A stretch of DNA of 50,229 nucleotides. Source: a virus (Duplodnaviria; Caudoviricetes). Positions 8,561 to 18,140 of the stretch are shown in pieces. Under the pieces are notes generated by a model. It made no database searches, was not told where the DNA came from, and worked only from the letters and a program-made list of their open reading frames with translations. The translations under genes and the position numbers were made by a program. Numbering within the stretch: position 1 is the first letter of the stretch; the number at the start of each line of letters is the position of its first letter. Location of the stretch: the IMG/VR virus record IMGVR_UViG_3300049139_000262, positions 1 through 50,229 of that record; one strand, 5' to 3'.

Positions 8561-9256
8561 TCATGGGTACTGTCGACGGCTTGGCTCAAGGCCCATCGAC
8601 AGCAGGCCCGGCCCTTCCGGGGTAGGCGACGGGGCAGGCGGTGCCCCATCACGCCGACACACCAAAGCGTCGGGATCATCCGGTGGGGGCTGGAGACTGT
8701 ACCCGTCGGGGCACGCTGGTCCGGCCGGGCCGCGCTCTCCCTGCTCCCCTCGGGGCCCCTGCTCCCCTCGTTCGCCCTGCGGTCCGGCGGGGCCCTGTGG
8801 TCCTTCCGGTCCGGCTGGGCCCTGCCGCCCGTCGGCGCCGGGCTGACCGTCGGACCCGTCCTGCCCGGATTGACCAGCCGCGCCGGGTGAGCCCGTCGGG
8901 CCAGGGTCTCCCGACTCCCCGTCCTCGCCGGGCACGCCGGCCGGGCCGGGTGGTCCGGGGATCGGGACCGGTACCTCGGCCCGGTCCGGCAGGTCATCGA
9001 CCGCCCGCGCCGGGTCCGGTGCGGCAGGGGTGTCGCCGCCCGCTTCAATCTGCGCCCGCAGGATCCTTACGTCACCGGCCAACGTGCTGACAGCCTCACC
9101 ACGCTTGTTGGCCTCGGCGGCGAGTTGGTCCGCTCGACTCGTTGCTGCATCTGTCTGGCCCCACATGATGACCGCTGCTCCGGAGAGAGCTACGAGCCAG
9201 CACAGGAGCGCGATCCAGCGCCAGCGTCCAGCGAGGACGCGTACTGTGCGGGTCAC
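8561..9256 (-). CDS. Membrane-anchored collagen-like protein of the lysis cassette
   Basis: N-terminal TM, coiled coil, long Gly-X-Y run, C-terminal CPDGY...LVC. Confidence 0.85.
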   Translation of the reverse strand: MTRTVRVLAGRWRWIALLCWLVALSGAAVIMWGQTDAATSRADQLAAEANKRGEAVSTLAGDVRILRAQIEAGGDTPAAPDPARAVDDLPDRAEVPVPIPGPPGPAGVPGEDGESGDPGPTGSPGAAGQSGQDGSDGQPGADGRQGPAGPEGPQGPAGPQGERGEQGPRGEQGERGPAGPACPDGYSLQPPPDDPDALVCRRDGAPPAPSPTPEGPGLLSMGLEPSRRQYP

Positions 9257-9519
9257 GGTTCTCCTCCAAGGTTGATGACCTTCATGCGTAGGCGGGTGAT
9301 CTCGACGAGATCCTCGTGCCGTTGAAGGTGGAGGGCAGCGAGTTCGGCCTGCGCGGCGGCTAGCTTCTCGTCGACTCGGTTCCGTTCCTCTTGGACTTGG
9401 TCAGTCACCGAGTTGAAGCGGGTCAGGGCGTTCTCTGAGCGCTTCCCGAGGTACGCCACCACGCCGCCGACGACTGCGCCCACGCCAACGAGGAGGCTGC
9501 CGAGGGTGGTGGCGTCCAA
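9253..9519 (-). CDS. Single-TM coiled-coil lysis-associated protein
   Basis: [22 protein letters not shown] plus coiled coil; overlaps next gene. Confidence 0.7.
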   Translation of the reverse strand: MDATTLGSLLVGVGAVVGGVVAYLGKRSENALTRFNSVTDQVQEERNRVDEKLAAAQAELAALHLQRHEDLVEITRLRMKVINLGGEP

Positions 9520-9528
9520 CGGTGCTCC

Positions 9529-9912
9529 TTAGACGCCTTGAGGAGCGCCCGGCTTGATCGGGCTGGTCTGCTCCAGCTTCGTTTCGGAGAGGGGCGGGGT
9601 GAGCATGAAGCGTTCCACGATGGCGAGGACGGTTGCGATGCTGCCCATCCAGAGGGCCTGTCGGTCGGCGGACCAGTCGAGGCCGAGGCCGACGAACAAC
9701 GACATGACTGCCTGCGCGGTCTGGAGGATCGCGGCGGCCCACGCCCCCGTCTTTACGATGACGGCCAGGAGGATGGCCACGACTCCGGCGGCGATGGCGT
9801 TGATGCCGGTCTGCACTCCTTCGGAGACATCGAGTTCGTAGCCGAGGAGCTTGACCGCGGCGGCAATCATGCCGAGTAGGAGTGCGGGTTCACGTCCGAG
9901 CAGTCTGGTCAT
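9529..9912 (-). CDS. Holin
   Basis: GREPAL N-terminus, about 4 TM segments, in the endolysin operon. Confidence 0.75.
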   Translation of the reverse strand: MTRLLGREPALLLGMIAAAVKLLGYELDVSEGVQTGINAIAAGVVAILLAVIVKTGAWAAAILQTAQAVMSLFVGLGLDWSADRQALWMGSIATVLAIVERFMLTPPLSETKLEQTSPIKPGAPQGV

Positions 9913-9924
9913 AGCTGGTCCCTT

Positions 9925-10272
9925 CTAGACGGGTTGGGCGAGTTGGCGGCAGCCGATGACGGTGCCGGTGGAGTTGCGGACTTCCCGGTACGGGACGAGG
10001 AGGTCGGTGCGGCCCTGAGGTAGGAGGGCCAGCGCGACGACGAGGGAGACGACGTAGCGGACGCCGTCCTGCTTGCGTGGGACGTTCGCGCGGTGGCCGA
10101 ACTCGACGAGTTCGATGCCGCCGCCCTGCGTGCCCAGCTCGATGGTCGAAAGCCGAGCCGGCTCGTCCTCTGGCTCGATGACCTTGACGAGGTGCAGCTC
10201 GAGGTCGTCGATGCCGTCCTCGCGCTCGTTGCTGTACAGCCGGATCGGGTGTGGGGTCAGATTGAGGATCAC
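9925..10272 (-). CDS. Conserved phage hypothetical protein (NLTPH motif)
   Basis: VILNLTPHPIRLY...YVVSLVVA...RTDLLVP...VIGCRQL; GTGA overlap. Confidence 0.7.
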   Translation of the reverse strand: MILNLTPHPIRLYSNEREDGIDDLELHLVKVIEPEDEPARLSTIELGTQGGGIELVEFGHRANVPRKQDGVRYVVSLVVALALLPQGRTDLLVPYREVRNSTGTVIGCRQLAQPV

Positions 10273-10853
10273 GACGCGCCCCTCCATGCGTGCTGCGCGA
10301 GCCAGCGTCGGATCGTCTGGTTGTGGCGGGCGTCGGCAAGGGCATGGTGCTCGCCGCTGTTCTGCTTGGGCAGGTCGTCCCAGCTGAGCCCGAGGCGCCG
10401 GGCTTCCTGCTGGATGTCGTGGGTGAACATGGGGACGCCCTCAGGGAGGTCGATCATGCGGCCCCAGAGCTGGGCGAGGGCAACGTGGTCGTATGCCCCG
10501 TAGTTGGCCCACAGTTCGACGTCGGGACCGGCAGCTCGAATGAAGTCCATAACCTCGTCGGCAATCTGCTGGCGCGGCTTAACGGCCGGGTCGCGGTAGT
10601 TGAACAGCCAGCCCTGAGGCATGTGGTTGTTCCAGTCGCCGGAGGGCTTGGGAAGGTGCGGGACGACGTTCTCCATGAGCCACGCGTGCTGGCGGATCCG
10701 GCGGCGAAGTCTGCGCCCAGAGCCCCAGCGTGCAGCCAGGGCGGCGTTCACTGCGTAGTACTCCGCGCCGTCGTCGCGCCGCATCCCGATGGCGATCAAG
10801 TGGATGCGCTTCCCGTCCTCCAAGAATTCGAGGTCGTAGTCGATGGCCGTCAT
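10269..10853 (-). CDS. DEDDh 3'-5' exoribonuclease (Rv2179c/RNase AS-like)
   Basis: YDLEFLEDG, WANYGAYDHV, HHALADARH motifs. Confidence 0.85.
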   Translation of the reverse strand: MTAIDYDLEFLEDGKRIHLIAIGMRRDDGAEYYAVNAALAARWGSGRRLRRRIRQHAWLMENVVPHLPKPSGDWNNHMPQGWLFNYRDPAVKPRQQIADEVMDFIRAAGPDVELWANYGAYDHVALAQLWGRMIDLPEGVPMFTHDIQQEARRLGLSWDDLPKQNSGEHHALADARHNQTIRRWLAQHAWRGAS

Positions 10854-11044
10854 CGGCGCTTGCTCCTCGACCGGTATTTGCGGGTGGCGACCTGCACGGT
10901 CCGGCGTGTGCGGATGCTGGTGACGACGTACATGAAGGATCGGTACACCTCGTCCTGCTGGAGCAGGATCATGTGCTCGCCGATGCCCCTGAAATCAGCG
11001 CCCTGCGCGGGATCGGCCCGGAGATCAGTCGCGGAACCGCTCAT
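10850..11044 (-). CDS. Small hypothetical protein
   Basis: Coupled by ATGA overlaps to both neighbours. Confidence 0.5.
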   Translation of the reverse strand: MSGSATDLRADPAQGADFRGIGEHMILLQQDEVYRSFMYVVTSIRTRRTVQVATRKYRSRSKRR

Positions 11045-11976
11045 GCGACGACCTTGAAGCCGTAGCGCTTGCCGAGGCGCGTGAGGGAGTCTCGGCCGGG
11101 GATGCCGTCTGCGGCCCTGCCGGTGTAGCCGCCGCCAGCCTTGGAGCGCTGCCACTTGGCGTAGGCGGCGACGGTGCTGGTGCCGAAGTGCCCGTCGGAG
11201 TAGGGCTTGGCGAGGAGGCCGGCGTCGACGAGGGCGGTTTCAACGATGCGGACACCCGCGTAGGTGACCGGGGTGCCGGAGCGGCCGGGGTCGGTCTTGG
11301 CTGCGGTGATGAGCCGGGAGAGGTCGACGGTGGGTGCCTTCGGCGGCGGCAGGGGGGCGGCTGGGATGGTCGGTTTCGGAGTGGCGCCGAGGCGGCTGGC
11401 GATCCGGGTCCGCATGCTGTCCATCGAGAAGCCGCGGGGGTCGACCTTGCCGGGCTGCCACTCCTCGTGACCGATGACCGAGCGCTGCGACCAGCCGTGG
11501 GCACGGCAGATCGCGGCCGCGGCCTTCTCGATCGCCTCCAGCTGCGCCGCCGGCCACGGGTCCTTGCCGTCCCCGAGGTTGACGCACTCGAAGCCGTAGA
11601 AGTGGCGGTTGCCGTCGGTGTTGGCCTCGTTGTCGGCTGGCAGCGTCGCCGACTCGTTGATCACGGCGCGCAGCACGTCGTCGTCGCCGAGACCGGCGTG
11701 ATTGGTGCGCCCGTTGCCGACCAGATACACCGTCCCGTCCTTGGCGATCATTCCGTGGCACAGCGGGCCGGGCAGACTGGAGTGGCCGTTGTAGCAGAGC
11801 TCGACCGAGGACGCCGTGCCCGAGGTCACGGTGTGATGGATCATCACACCGTTCACCGGCCCCCAGGGGCCCTTGTGGTTGCGGTTGTGCGTGCGCCAGC
11901 TTCGGTGCTCTACGACCTTGAGGCCCTCGTTGCGGAGGGCGCTGAGGAGTCTGTCGGCGCTGATTGGTGTGGCCAT
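11041..11976 (-). CDS. Endolysin, N-acetylmuramoyl-L-alanine amidase with C-terminal peptidoglycan-binding domain
   Basis: GVMIHHTV, NHAG, YGFECVN, VIGHEEW..GKVDP; C-terminal DGHFGTSTVAAYAKWQ...ADGIPG. Confidence 0.92.
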   Translation of the reverse strand: MATPISADRLLSALRNEGLKVVEHRSWRTHNRNHKGPWGPVNGVMIHHTVTSGTASSVELCYNGHSSLPGPLCHGMIAKDGTVYLVGNGRTNHAGLGDDDVLRAVINESATLPADNEANTDGNRHFYGFECVNLGDGKDPWPAAQLEAIEKAAAAICRAHGWSQRSVIGHEEWQPGKVDPRGFSMDSMRTRIASRLGATPKPTIPAAPLPPPKAPTVDLSRLITAAKTDPGRSGTPVTYAGVRIVETALVDAGLLAKPYSDGHFGTSTVAAYAKWQRSKAGGGYTGRAADGIPGRDSLTRLGKRYGFKVVA

Positions 11977-12021
11977 GAGTTCTCCTGCGGGTGGCGGGGG
12001 CGTCCCTCGCGAAGCACTTGA

Positions 12022-12068
12022 CCTTTGAATCATAGGCCAAAGCCGCCATCTCACCTACGAATCAAAGG
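12022..12068. promoter_or_regulatory. CCTTTGAATCA(A/T)AGG motif, copy 1 plus half site
   Basis: CCTTTGAATCATAGG at 12022-12036, AATCAAAGG at 12060-12068, in a divergent gap. Confidence 0.55.
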
Positions 12069-12187
12069 CAACTGGGTATGCTTGGGATTGCGAGGCCACA
12101 CCGGTCGAGGCCTCGCCCCGCGGCGGGCCCGGCTGTGCGGGTCCGGCCCGCCGCCCTCAACCCGCACCACCCGCACACGGAGGCACC

Positions 12188-13228
12188 ATGTCCGAGCACT
12201 CCCACGCTCAGTTCCCCTACGCCGACGGTGACGTGACCGCCCTGGGGCCCGACGTCTTCGCCGACAAGACTGGCAACGTCATCTGCTGGAAGGGCGTGAA
12301 CTACGTCCGTCAGGACGACTTGCACCAGGCCCACGAGCGCCGCCGGGCCAAGGAACACCAGCTCGACGGCATCCGGCGAGCGCTGTGCGACATCGGTGCC
12401 ATGACAGACGACGATCCGTACTCACACGCCGACCTGGAGGACGTCATTCGGCGACGTCCGGCCCGGCCCGCGATCGTCGAGGTTCAGGGTCGCTGCCCTG
12501 CCTGCAACGGTGCCTCATTGTTCCTGAGCGACGAGGGACACGTCGTTTGCACATGTCTAGACTGCCCAGCCCCCGGCGAAGCGGATGACCTGCTGCACGG
12601 TAAGGAGTCAGTGCACGCGCTCGCCCAGCTTCTCGGTGGTGACGGACCTGCGCACGGCATGGCCCTCTGCCTCTCCGCCCACAAGCGCAGCGCTGCCGAC
12701 GTGCGGCACATGACTGACGAAGAACTGCTCGCGGTCCCCGGACTCAACGAGGCGTCCCTCGCCCGGATCCGCGCGGCACTGCCTGCACAGAAGCCCACTC
12801 CCTGTCTGCACGATGTCGAGATACGGGATGCGCGCGAGTACATGCGACTCGGCCACGAGCCCGGCCGATCCTCCGGCACCATCTACCTGGCCGGCGACAA
12901 AAACAGTCGCCTCTTCATCGACGGTCAGTTGATGACCGTGTCGAGCGAGCACCCCGTAGTCGTGCAGCCCTTCTTCGACGGTGACGAGGGCGGCACAGTA
13001 ACCGTCACGCTCGTCTGCAAGAGCATCCTCGGGATCGATACAAGGGCTGGCACGCCACGACCGAGGCACAAGGACGGTCGCCCATACAGCTACTCCGAGC
13101 TCGCTGCCGAGGGCTGGAACTTCTGCGAGGGGTGCCGCTCTTGGGGGCAGTGGTTGCCCGGCCAGCCTCACGACTGCTCGATGTCCCACATGAAAGGCCT
13201 GCCGTCTGCGGGAACGAGTGATGGCTGA
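12188..13228 (+). CDS. Mosaic protein with Zn-binding motifs and an HhH/alpha-CTD-like segment
   Basis: GGAGG RBS; CPACNG...CTCLDC; MTDEELLAVPGLNEASLARIRAAL; FCEGC. Confidence 0.7.
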   Translation: MSEHSHAQFPYADGDVTALGPDVFADKTGNVICWKGVNYVRQDDLHQAHERRRAKEHQLDGIRRALCDIGAMTDDDPYSHADLEDVIRRRPARPAIVEVQGRCPACNGASLFLSDEGHVVCTCLDCPAPGEADDLLHGKESVHALAQLLGGDGPAHGMALCLSAHKRSAADVRHMTDEELLAVPGLNEASLARIRAALPAQKPTPCLHDVEIRDAREYMRLGHEPGRSSGTIYLAGDKNSRLFIDGQLMTVSSEHPVVVQPFFDGDEGGTVTVTLVCKSILGIDTRAGTPRPRHKDGRPYSYSELAAEGWNFCEGCRSWGQWLPGQPHDCSMSHMKGLPSAGTSDG

Positions 13229-13652
13229 GTCGCTGGAGGCCCGGGTCGCCGCAAAGGTGCGCCGGCTGCGCGAGGAGCGGCGCTGGACGCAGGAGCAGCT
13301 GGCCAAAGCGCTCGGCAAAAAGTCCGGCATCACTGTATGGGGGCTCGAGAACGGGCGGCGCCACATCAACTTGGCCGACCTCGAAGCGCTCGCCGCACTG
13401 TTCGACATCGCCCCAGAGGACTTCCTCGCCGAGCAGCCCGCCGGCGTGGCGACCGTGCCTGTCACCGCCCTGGATCGACTGGTGCGGGTGGCGATGTGGG
13501 TGTCCCGCGGCCGGTCGATGGCATTCGTGCCGGATCCGCTGCTGGGTGGCGTCTACCCCGACGCGACCGCGCGGGCGGGTCTCGGACTCTTGGACGAAGC
13601 AGGACTCCTCGACGCCTACAGGCAGATCGGAACGAGCGAGGGCAAGCCGTGA
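13221..13652 (+). CDS. XRE-family HTH protein with C-terminal extension
   Basis: VRRLREERRWTQEQLAKAL...VWGLENGRRHINLADLEALA. Confidence 0.8.
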   Translation: MAESLEARVAAKVRRLREERRWTQEQLAKALGKKSGITVWGLENGRRHINLADLEALAALFDIAPEDFLAEQPAGVATVPVTALDRLVRVAMWVSRGRSMAFVPDPLLGGVYPDATARAGLGLLDEAGLLDAYRQIGTSEGKP

Positions 13653-14041
13653 GCAGCAGCTACTACATCCTTTGCCTGTCCCACGATCCCGCCACGACCG
13701 TGCGCGAGTGCAGCACAGCTGACACTGCCGCAGCGGCTATCAAGGCCGGCATCGAGGCGCACACCGGCTGCGACCTGCTCATCGAACGGGTTTCCGGCGG
13801 CCCCGTCGAGTACGGCTGCCCGCCACACGACACGCGGCACGCCGGCCCGCACTGCTACCACCGGGACGTGGCGTGGGTCGACATCGAGTGGCTGCAACTC
13901 CTCGGCCGCGCACACATCTCCACGGACCCAGGCATGCAGGAAGGCATCAAGCAGGGTTACTTCCGTTGCTGGACCCGGGACCGGCTTCACCGGCTCCGCC
14001 ACTCCCTCGGTACCGCCGAAGAGTTGGAGGTACGCCCGTGA
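13649..14041 (+). CDS. Hypothetical Cys/His protein
   Basis: GTGA-coupled; YYILCLSHDPA...EYGCPP...CYH. Confidence 0.7.
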   Translation: MSSSYYILCLSHDPATTVRECSTADTAAAAIKAGIEAHTGCDLLIERVSGGPVEYGCPPHDTRHAGPHCYHRDVAWVDIEWLQLLGRAHISTDPGMQEGIKQGYFRCWTRDRLHRLRHSLGTAEELEVRP

Positions 14042-14388
14042 GCTTGCGACGGCTAAGTGATGGGGAGCCGGTGCCGATCAATGCGCACGTCCTTGAGTAC
14101 GACGTGACACCAGGCCTGCCGCAGTGGATCAGTGAGCAGATCGACCAGGCGCAGGCAGCGGCAGAGATCGACTCCCCCGCAGATCGATGGTGCGCAGCGC
14201 ATCGAAAGATCCTCGAAGCGCATTCGCTCACGACGAGCGTCATCCCGCCCGGATACGGCGAGCACACGGCTGGCTTCGGCTGCGAGACCTGCCACGACTG
14301 GGACGGCATCACCGAAGGCAAGGGCAACTGCGCCACCATCCTCGCCCTCGCCGAAGGCTACGGACTCGACGACGAGGAGACGACGTGA
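14038..14388 (+). CDS. Hypothetical protein (DUF6221-like C-terminus)
   Basis: AHRKILEAH...CETC...CATILALAEGYG. Confidence 0.6.
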   Translation: MSLRRLSDGEPVPINAHVLEYDVTPGLPQWISEQIDQAQAAAEIDSPADRWCAAHRKILEAHSLTTSVIPPGYGEHTAGFGCETCHDWDGITEGKGNCATILALAEGYGLDDEETT

Positions 14389-14621
14389 CCGCACGAGATG
14401 ATCTGCGTCGGGAGATGGTGCGCCACCATCTGTACATGACCGAGGAGCGCGCCGACGAACTGATCGACGCGGTCGAAGCTGTTGCTGCCCAAGGCCAGCC
14501 AGTCCTTCTTGGGAAGGCCGTCATAGCCGTTGACCGTAGCAACAAGGTCATCTTGCAGGGTGTCGTCACCGGCCTTCAGGAGCGCGATGGCGAGCTGCTC
14601 CTCACCCTGGAGCAGCCATGA
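14385..14621 (+). CDS. Hypothetical protein
   Basis: GTGA/ATGA coupling on both sides. Confidence 0.6.
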   Translation: MTARDDLRREMVRHHLYMTEERADELIDAVEAVAAQGQPVLLGKAVIAVDRSNKVILQGVVTGLQERDGELLLTLEQP

Positions 14622-15007
14622 CCGTCATGCTTCTGCTGCTGTGTCATCTCCTCGGAGATTACGTCACCCAGTCGGACTGGATGGCGCTGGAGAAGACGAA
14701 GCGCTGGTGGCCGGCGTGGGCGCACGCCATCGTCTACGGCTTGCCGTTTCTGCTCGTCACTCAGTCACCTGCCGCTATCGCGGTCATCATCGGCACGCAC
14801 GCCGTGATTGATCACTATCGGCTCGCTCGGTATGTCGTGTGGGCGAAGAACCTGCTGGCACCGAAGGCGTATCGGTATTCGTGGTCGGAGTGCTCGGCGA
14901 CCGGCTATCACCGGGATCGGCCAGCGTGGATGGCCGTATGGCTAATGATCATCGCGGACAACGCGATGCACCTGGCGATCAACGCTGCTGCCGTGACCTG
15001 GCTCTAG
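14618..15007 (+). CDS. DUF3307-like membrane protein
   Basis: HLLGDYVTQ, HAIVY, THAVIDH, DNAMH motifs. Confidence 0.8.
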   Translation: MTVMLLLLCHLLGDYVTQSDWMALEKTKRWWPAWAHAIVYGLPFLLVTQSPAAIAVIIGTHAVIDHYRLARYVVWAKNLLAPKAYRYSWSECSATGYHRDRPAWMAVWLMIIADNAMHLAINAAAVTWL

Positions 15008-15015
15008 GAGGACTG

Positions 15016-15318
15016 ATGACCGCAAAGCCCCTTGCCGTCGGCGACGTGATCCATGGCTTCGCATACGGCACCTTCGGCCGCGACCACTTTCACTGCGTGA
15101 AGGTGGAAGCCGTCGGCCCCGACTGGATCGTCGCTCGACACCCCGACAGCGAAATCCCCCGCCCGTACTTCGCCGCAGGACCGTACTCTCTCAGGCTCTG
15201 CCAGCAGGCCCGCGACGAGGGCCACACGGTGCCCTACGGCGAGCCGCCCGAGCCGTGCCCACTCCAGAACCCTGCAGAATCACTCACCACGTGGAGGGCG
15301 TGCGATGGCGCAGGATGA
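15016..15318 (+). CDS. Hypothetical protein
   Basis: AGGAGG RBS; LAVGDVIHGFAYGTFGRDH. Confidence 0.65.
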   Translation: MTAKPLAVGDVIHGFAYGTFGRDHFHCVKVEAVGPDWIVARHPDSEIPRPYFAAGPYSLRLCQQARDEGHTVPYGEPPEPCPLQNPAESLTTWRACDGAG

Positions 15319-15402
15319 GCTCCGGACCTTTCGGCTCTTCGGCAAGCTGTACTGGTGGGATCGCGATGGCGGACGGCTCGTCCTGCGGCGTGCGACGTGG
15401 AT

Positions 15403-15654
15403 TCAGGAAGCCCGCACGACGCGGAAGGCAAGCTGCTGCCCGTAAGCGGCCCGGTACTGGTCGGGTGTCCACGCCTGCCCGGCCGCGAGGAAGACCGGGT
15501 CAAGGCGCGCCCCGCCCGGCGCTTCCACATCCTCGATGACAGCCCAGGCAACGACGAGGCTCGCAGGCGGCACGCCCTCCACATCCGCCCCCACGGGCGC
15601 CGTGACCTGGACGCCCAGGCCCGGCGCCGCGGGAAGCATCGCCTGGATCGTCAC
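15403..15654 (-). CDS. Small hypothetical protein after tail spike
   Basis: GTGA-coupled to the upstream gene. Confidence 0.6.
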   Translation of the reverse strand: MTIQAMLPAAPGLGVQVTAPVGADVEGVPPASLVVAWAVIEDVEAPGGARLDPVFLAAGQAWTPDQYRAAYGQQLAFRVVRAS

Positions 15655-17099
15655 GCGGTGGTGGACAGGTTGCCGGTGGTGATGCTGCCGGTCCCGCCGA
15701 ACTCGGTGGCTGCGACGCCCAGGCTGCCTTTGACGATCAGCACGTTGTTCGTGATCAGATTCGGGCCGGCGCCTCCGGACGCCTCCTCTCGGATCAGCCA
15801 GCCGGACTTGCCGGCCGTGGGCGAGGACGCGATCGAGTTGCCGGTGATCGAGTTGTTCTTCGTGCCGAACTCCAAGTGGATGCCGGACACCTGGCCGGTC
15901 AGCGAGCCGACCTCACCCGGCGAGAAGATCGTGCAGGAGCTGACGACGTTGCCTGTCGCGGCGATGAACACACTGTCGCCTGCGGTCCCGTCGAAGTTGC
16001 ACCCGACGATCTTTGTGGCCGAGCAGTCCTGAAGCCGAATCCCCTTCGTGTTGTTCGTGGCGCCTCCGACGAAGTTGCAGTCCGAGATGAACTGCGTGCC
16101 CGCCCGGTCGAGGATGCAGACTGCTGTGCCCCAGGTCGTGCCGCCGGCTCCGCCCAGGAACTCGAAGTCACAGACGCTGATCTGGTTCTCGTCGCTGGAG
16201 TTCATGTGGATGCCGCGGCCGGGCCCTGTGCTGGCCATTGACTCGTCAAACAGACAGTGGCTGACCCGGTTGTTATGGCCGAAGGCGCCGCCGCTCTGGG
16301 GGCCGAGGAACAGGCAGTCGTCCCGGCACGACGTGAAGTGGATGTTGTGGAAGAGCGACGCGACCGCGCCAGCTCCGTTGATGCCGCCGGAGTAGCCCGT
16401 GGTGCCCTGCTCGAGGCTGTTGCCGTCGATCGTCATGTCGCGGATGACGACCCGGGTGTCCTCGCCCGTCATCTCGAAGATGAACGTATCCGCAGCCGTC
16501 GCCAGCTTCAGCCGGGTGCCCCAGCCGGAGCCGGCGATCGTCAGGCCTTCCCCTGGCGGCAGGACAAGCGGCTCGCTGACGATGTACTCCCCCGCCGGGA
16601 TGTACAAGGTGGTCCGCGCTGTTGCTGCTGCGGTCACGGCCGCCTGGAGGGCGGCGGTGTCGTCGGTCGCGCCGTCACCGACAGCTCCGTAGGCGTCGGC
16701 GGTGGCGATGACCCAGTCCACGATGTGCGGCAGCTTGCCCGGGTCGATCGCCCCGTCCGGATTGAGCTTGAGCCAGCCGTCGGGCTGGTTCGCCAGGTCG
16801 AGGAAGTCGGCGAGGAGCTCGCCGAGGTTGGTGGCGGTCATGGCGTAGCGGCGGCCGTAGCCGAAGTCGGCGTACAGCTGGGTGACGTCGTCCGGGCCGA
16901 AGAAGGCCACGGCGCCGTCGCTATCCGCGGTGAGCCCCGTCGTGGGGTTGCCGGACAGGTCGGTCAGATCCGTGAGCTGTGTGCCGCCAGTGCGGTCGGT
17001 CCACACGGTGCCTGTGGCGCCGGGCCTCAGCATGAGCTGGGAGCCGACGCGTTCCATGGCGTAGTCGCTCGGGCTGCCGCCGAAGTGGTAGCGAGGCAT
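15651..17099 (-). CDS. Tail spike/fibre with pectate-lyase-like beta-helix
   Basis: YGAVGDGATDDTAALQAA..LYIPAGEY signature and beta-helix repeats. Confidence 0.85.
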   Translation of the reverse strand: MPRYHFGGSPSDYAMERVGSQLMLRPGATGTVWTDRTGGTQLTDLTDLSGNPTTGLTADSDGAVAFFGPDDVTQLYADFGYGRRYAMTATNLGELLADFLDLANQPDGWLKLNPDGAIDPGKLPHIVDWVIATADAYGAVGDGATDDTAALQAAVTAAATARTTLYIPAGEYIVSEPLVLPPGEGLTIAGSGWGTRLKLATAADTFIFEMTGEDTRVVIRDMTIDGNSLEQGTTGYSGGINGAGAVASLFHNIHFTSCRDDCLFLGPQSGGAFGHNNRVSHCLFDESMASTGPGRGIHMNSSDENQISVCDFEFLGGAGGTTWGTAVCILDRAGTQFISDCNFVGGATNNTKGIRLQDCSATKIVGCNFDGTAGDSVFIAATGNVVSSCTIFSPGEVGSLTGQVSGIHLEFGTKNNSITGNSIASSPTAGKSGWLIREEASGGAGPNLITNNVLIVKGSLGVAATEFGGTGSITTGNLSTTA

Positions 17100-17117
17100 G
17101 GTTGTTCCTTTCGGCGG

Positions 17118-18140
17118 TCAGGCGATCCAGTAGGAGCCGTCGATGGTGAGCTCGTCGCCGTTGCCCATGTCGTAGGGGGCGCCGTTCTTGAGCACCTGGG
17201 TGTTGACGGGAGCGCTGACGCCGTTGCCGTCAGCAGTGGGGTAGCGGAGCGCGAAGATCTTGGTGGTCGACTCGGCAGGGTCGATGAGGGCCATCCCTTG
17301 CACGCTGCCCATGCCTGCGACGGGGATCCGCTCGCTGTAGTACCACTTGAGCAGGCTCCGGTGGGCTGCGGTCGCGGGGAACAGGGGCGGCAGGGACACC
17401 TGCAGCGGCTGGTCGATGTTCGCCGGGTTGACCGTTGGGGCAAGGTGGATCGTGGCGTGGGCTCGCTTGCCCACGACCTGAAGGCGCCCGATGTTCACGG
17501 CTCCTGTACCCCAGTTGATCACTGTTCCACCGGCGGTCCAGACCGGCGTCCAGGTGAGCTCTTCGACGCCTGCGGAGGCGAGCCACTTCCAGTCGACGCC
17601 GTCGCCGATGTAGAGGCTGGTGCCTTCCACGAGGAGCTGGGACTTGATGCTCGGGCGACGGCCTCCGGGGACAGAAGGAACGGCTCCGCGGTCGGTGAAC
17701 CACCTTCGATCGAGCACGTTGGCGGCAGTGACCACAGACGAGCCAGCCGCGACGGTGCACTGGGCGAGAGGGATCTCGTAGATTCCGCCCTCGTCGGAGT
17801 CCAGGGTGGGTGCGATGCTGCCGCCGGTCTTGTAGGCGGCGATGACTTCGTTCCCGCTCATGTCGCAGCGGAGGACGACCATGTCGACTCGGGCGGACGT
17901 CCCCGCATTGGGGGCGACACCCAGATTGATCACCGCGTCGTTCTTGTAGTAGAAGCCGTTGACGAACGCCTCCCCCACGGCGACCGCGACCGTGGCTGCT
18001 CCGCTGCCGGTAACCTTGAGAGCCGGAGATCCGTACTCCTCGGCGTGGACGCCGTCGATGCCCCAGCGGCGCGCCATGCGGGACCACTGGGCCTGGGTGG
18101 CGATCGGGGAGCCGTCGAACGGCGCACTGAACTGGGCCAT
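17118..18140 (-). CDS. Minor tail/baseplate protein
   Basis: VAVGEAFVNGFYY, RVDMVVLR, YEIPLAQ motifs; position after Tal-like gene. Confidence 0.8.
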   Translation of the reverse strand: MAQFSAPFDGSPIATQAQWSRMARRWGIDGVHAEEYGSPALKVTGSGAATVAVAVGEAFVNGFYYKNDAVINLGVAPNAGTSARVDMVVLRCDMSGNEVIAAYKTGGSIAPTLDSDEGGIYEIPLAQCTVAAGSSVVTAANVLDRRWFTDRGAVPSVPGGRRPSIKSQLLVEGTSLYIGDGVDWKWLASAGVEELTWTPVWTAGGTVINWGTGAVNIGRLQVVGKRAHATIHLAPTVNPANIDQPLQVSLPPLFPATAAHRSLLKWYYSERIPVAGMGSVQGMALIDPAESTTKIFALRYPTADGNGVSAPVNTQVLKNGAPYDMGNGDELTIDGSYWIA

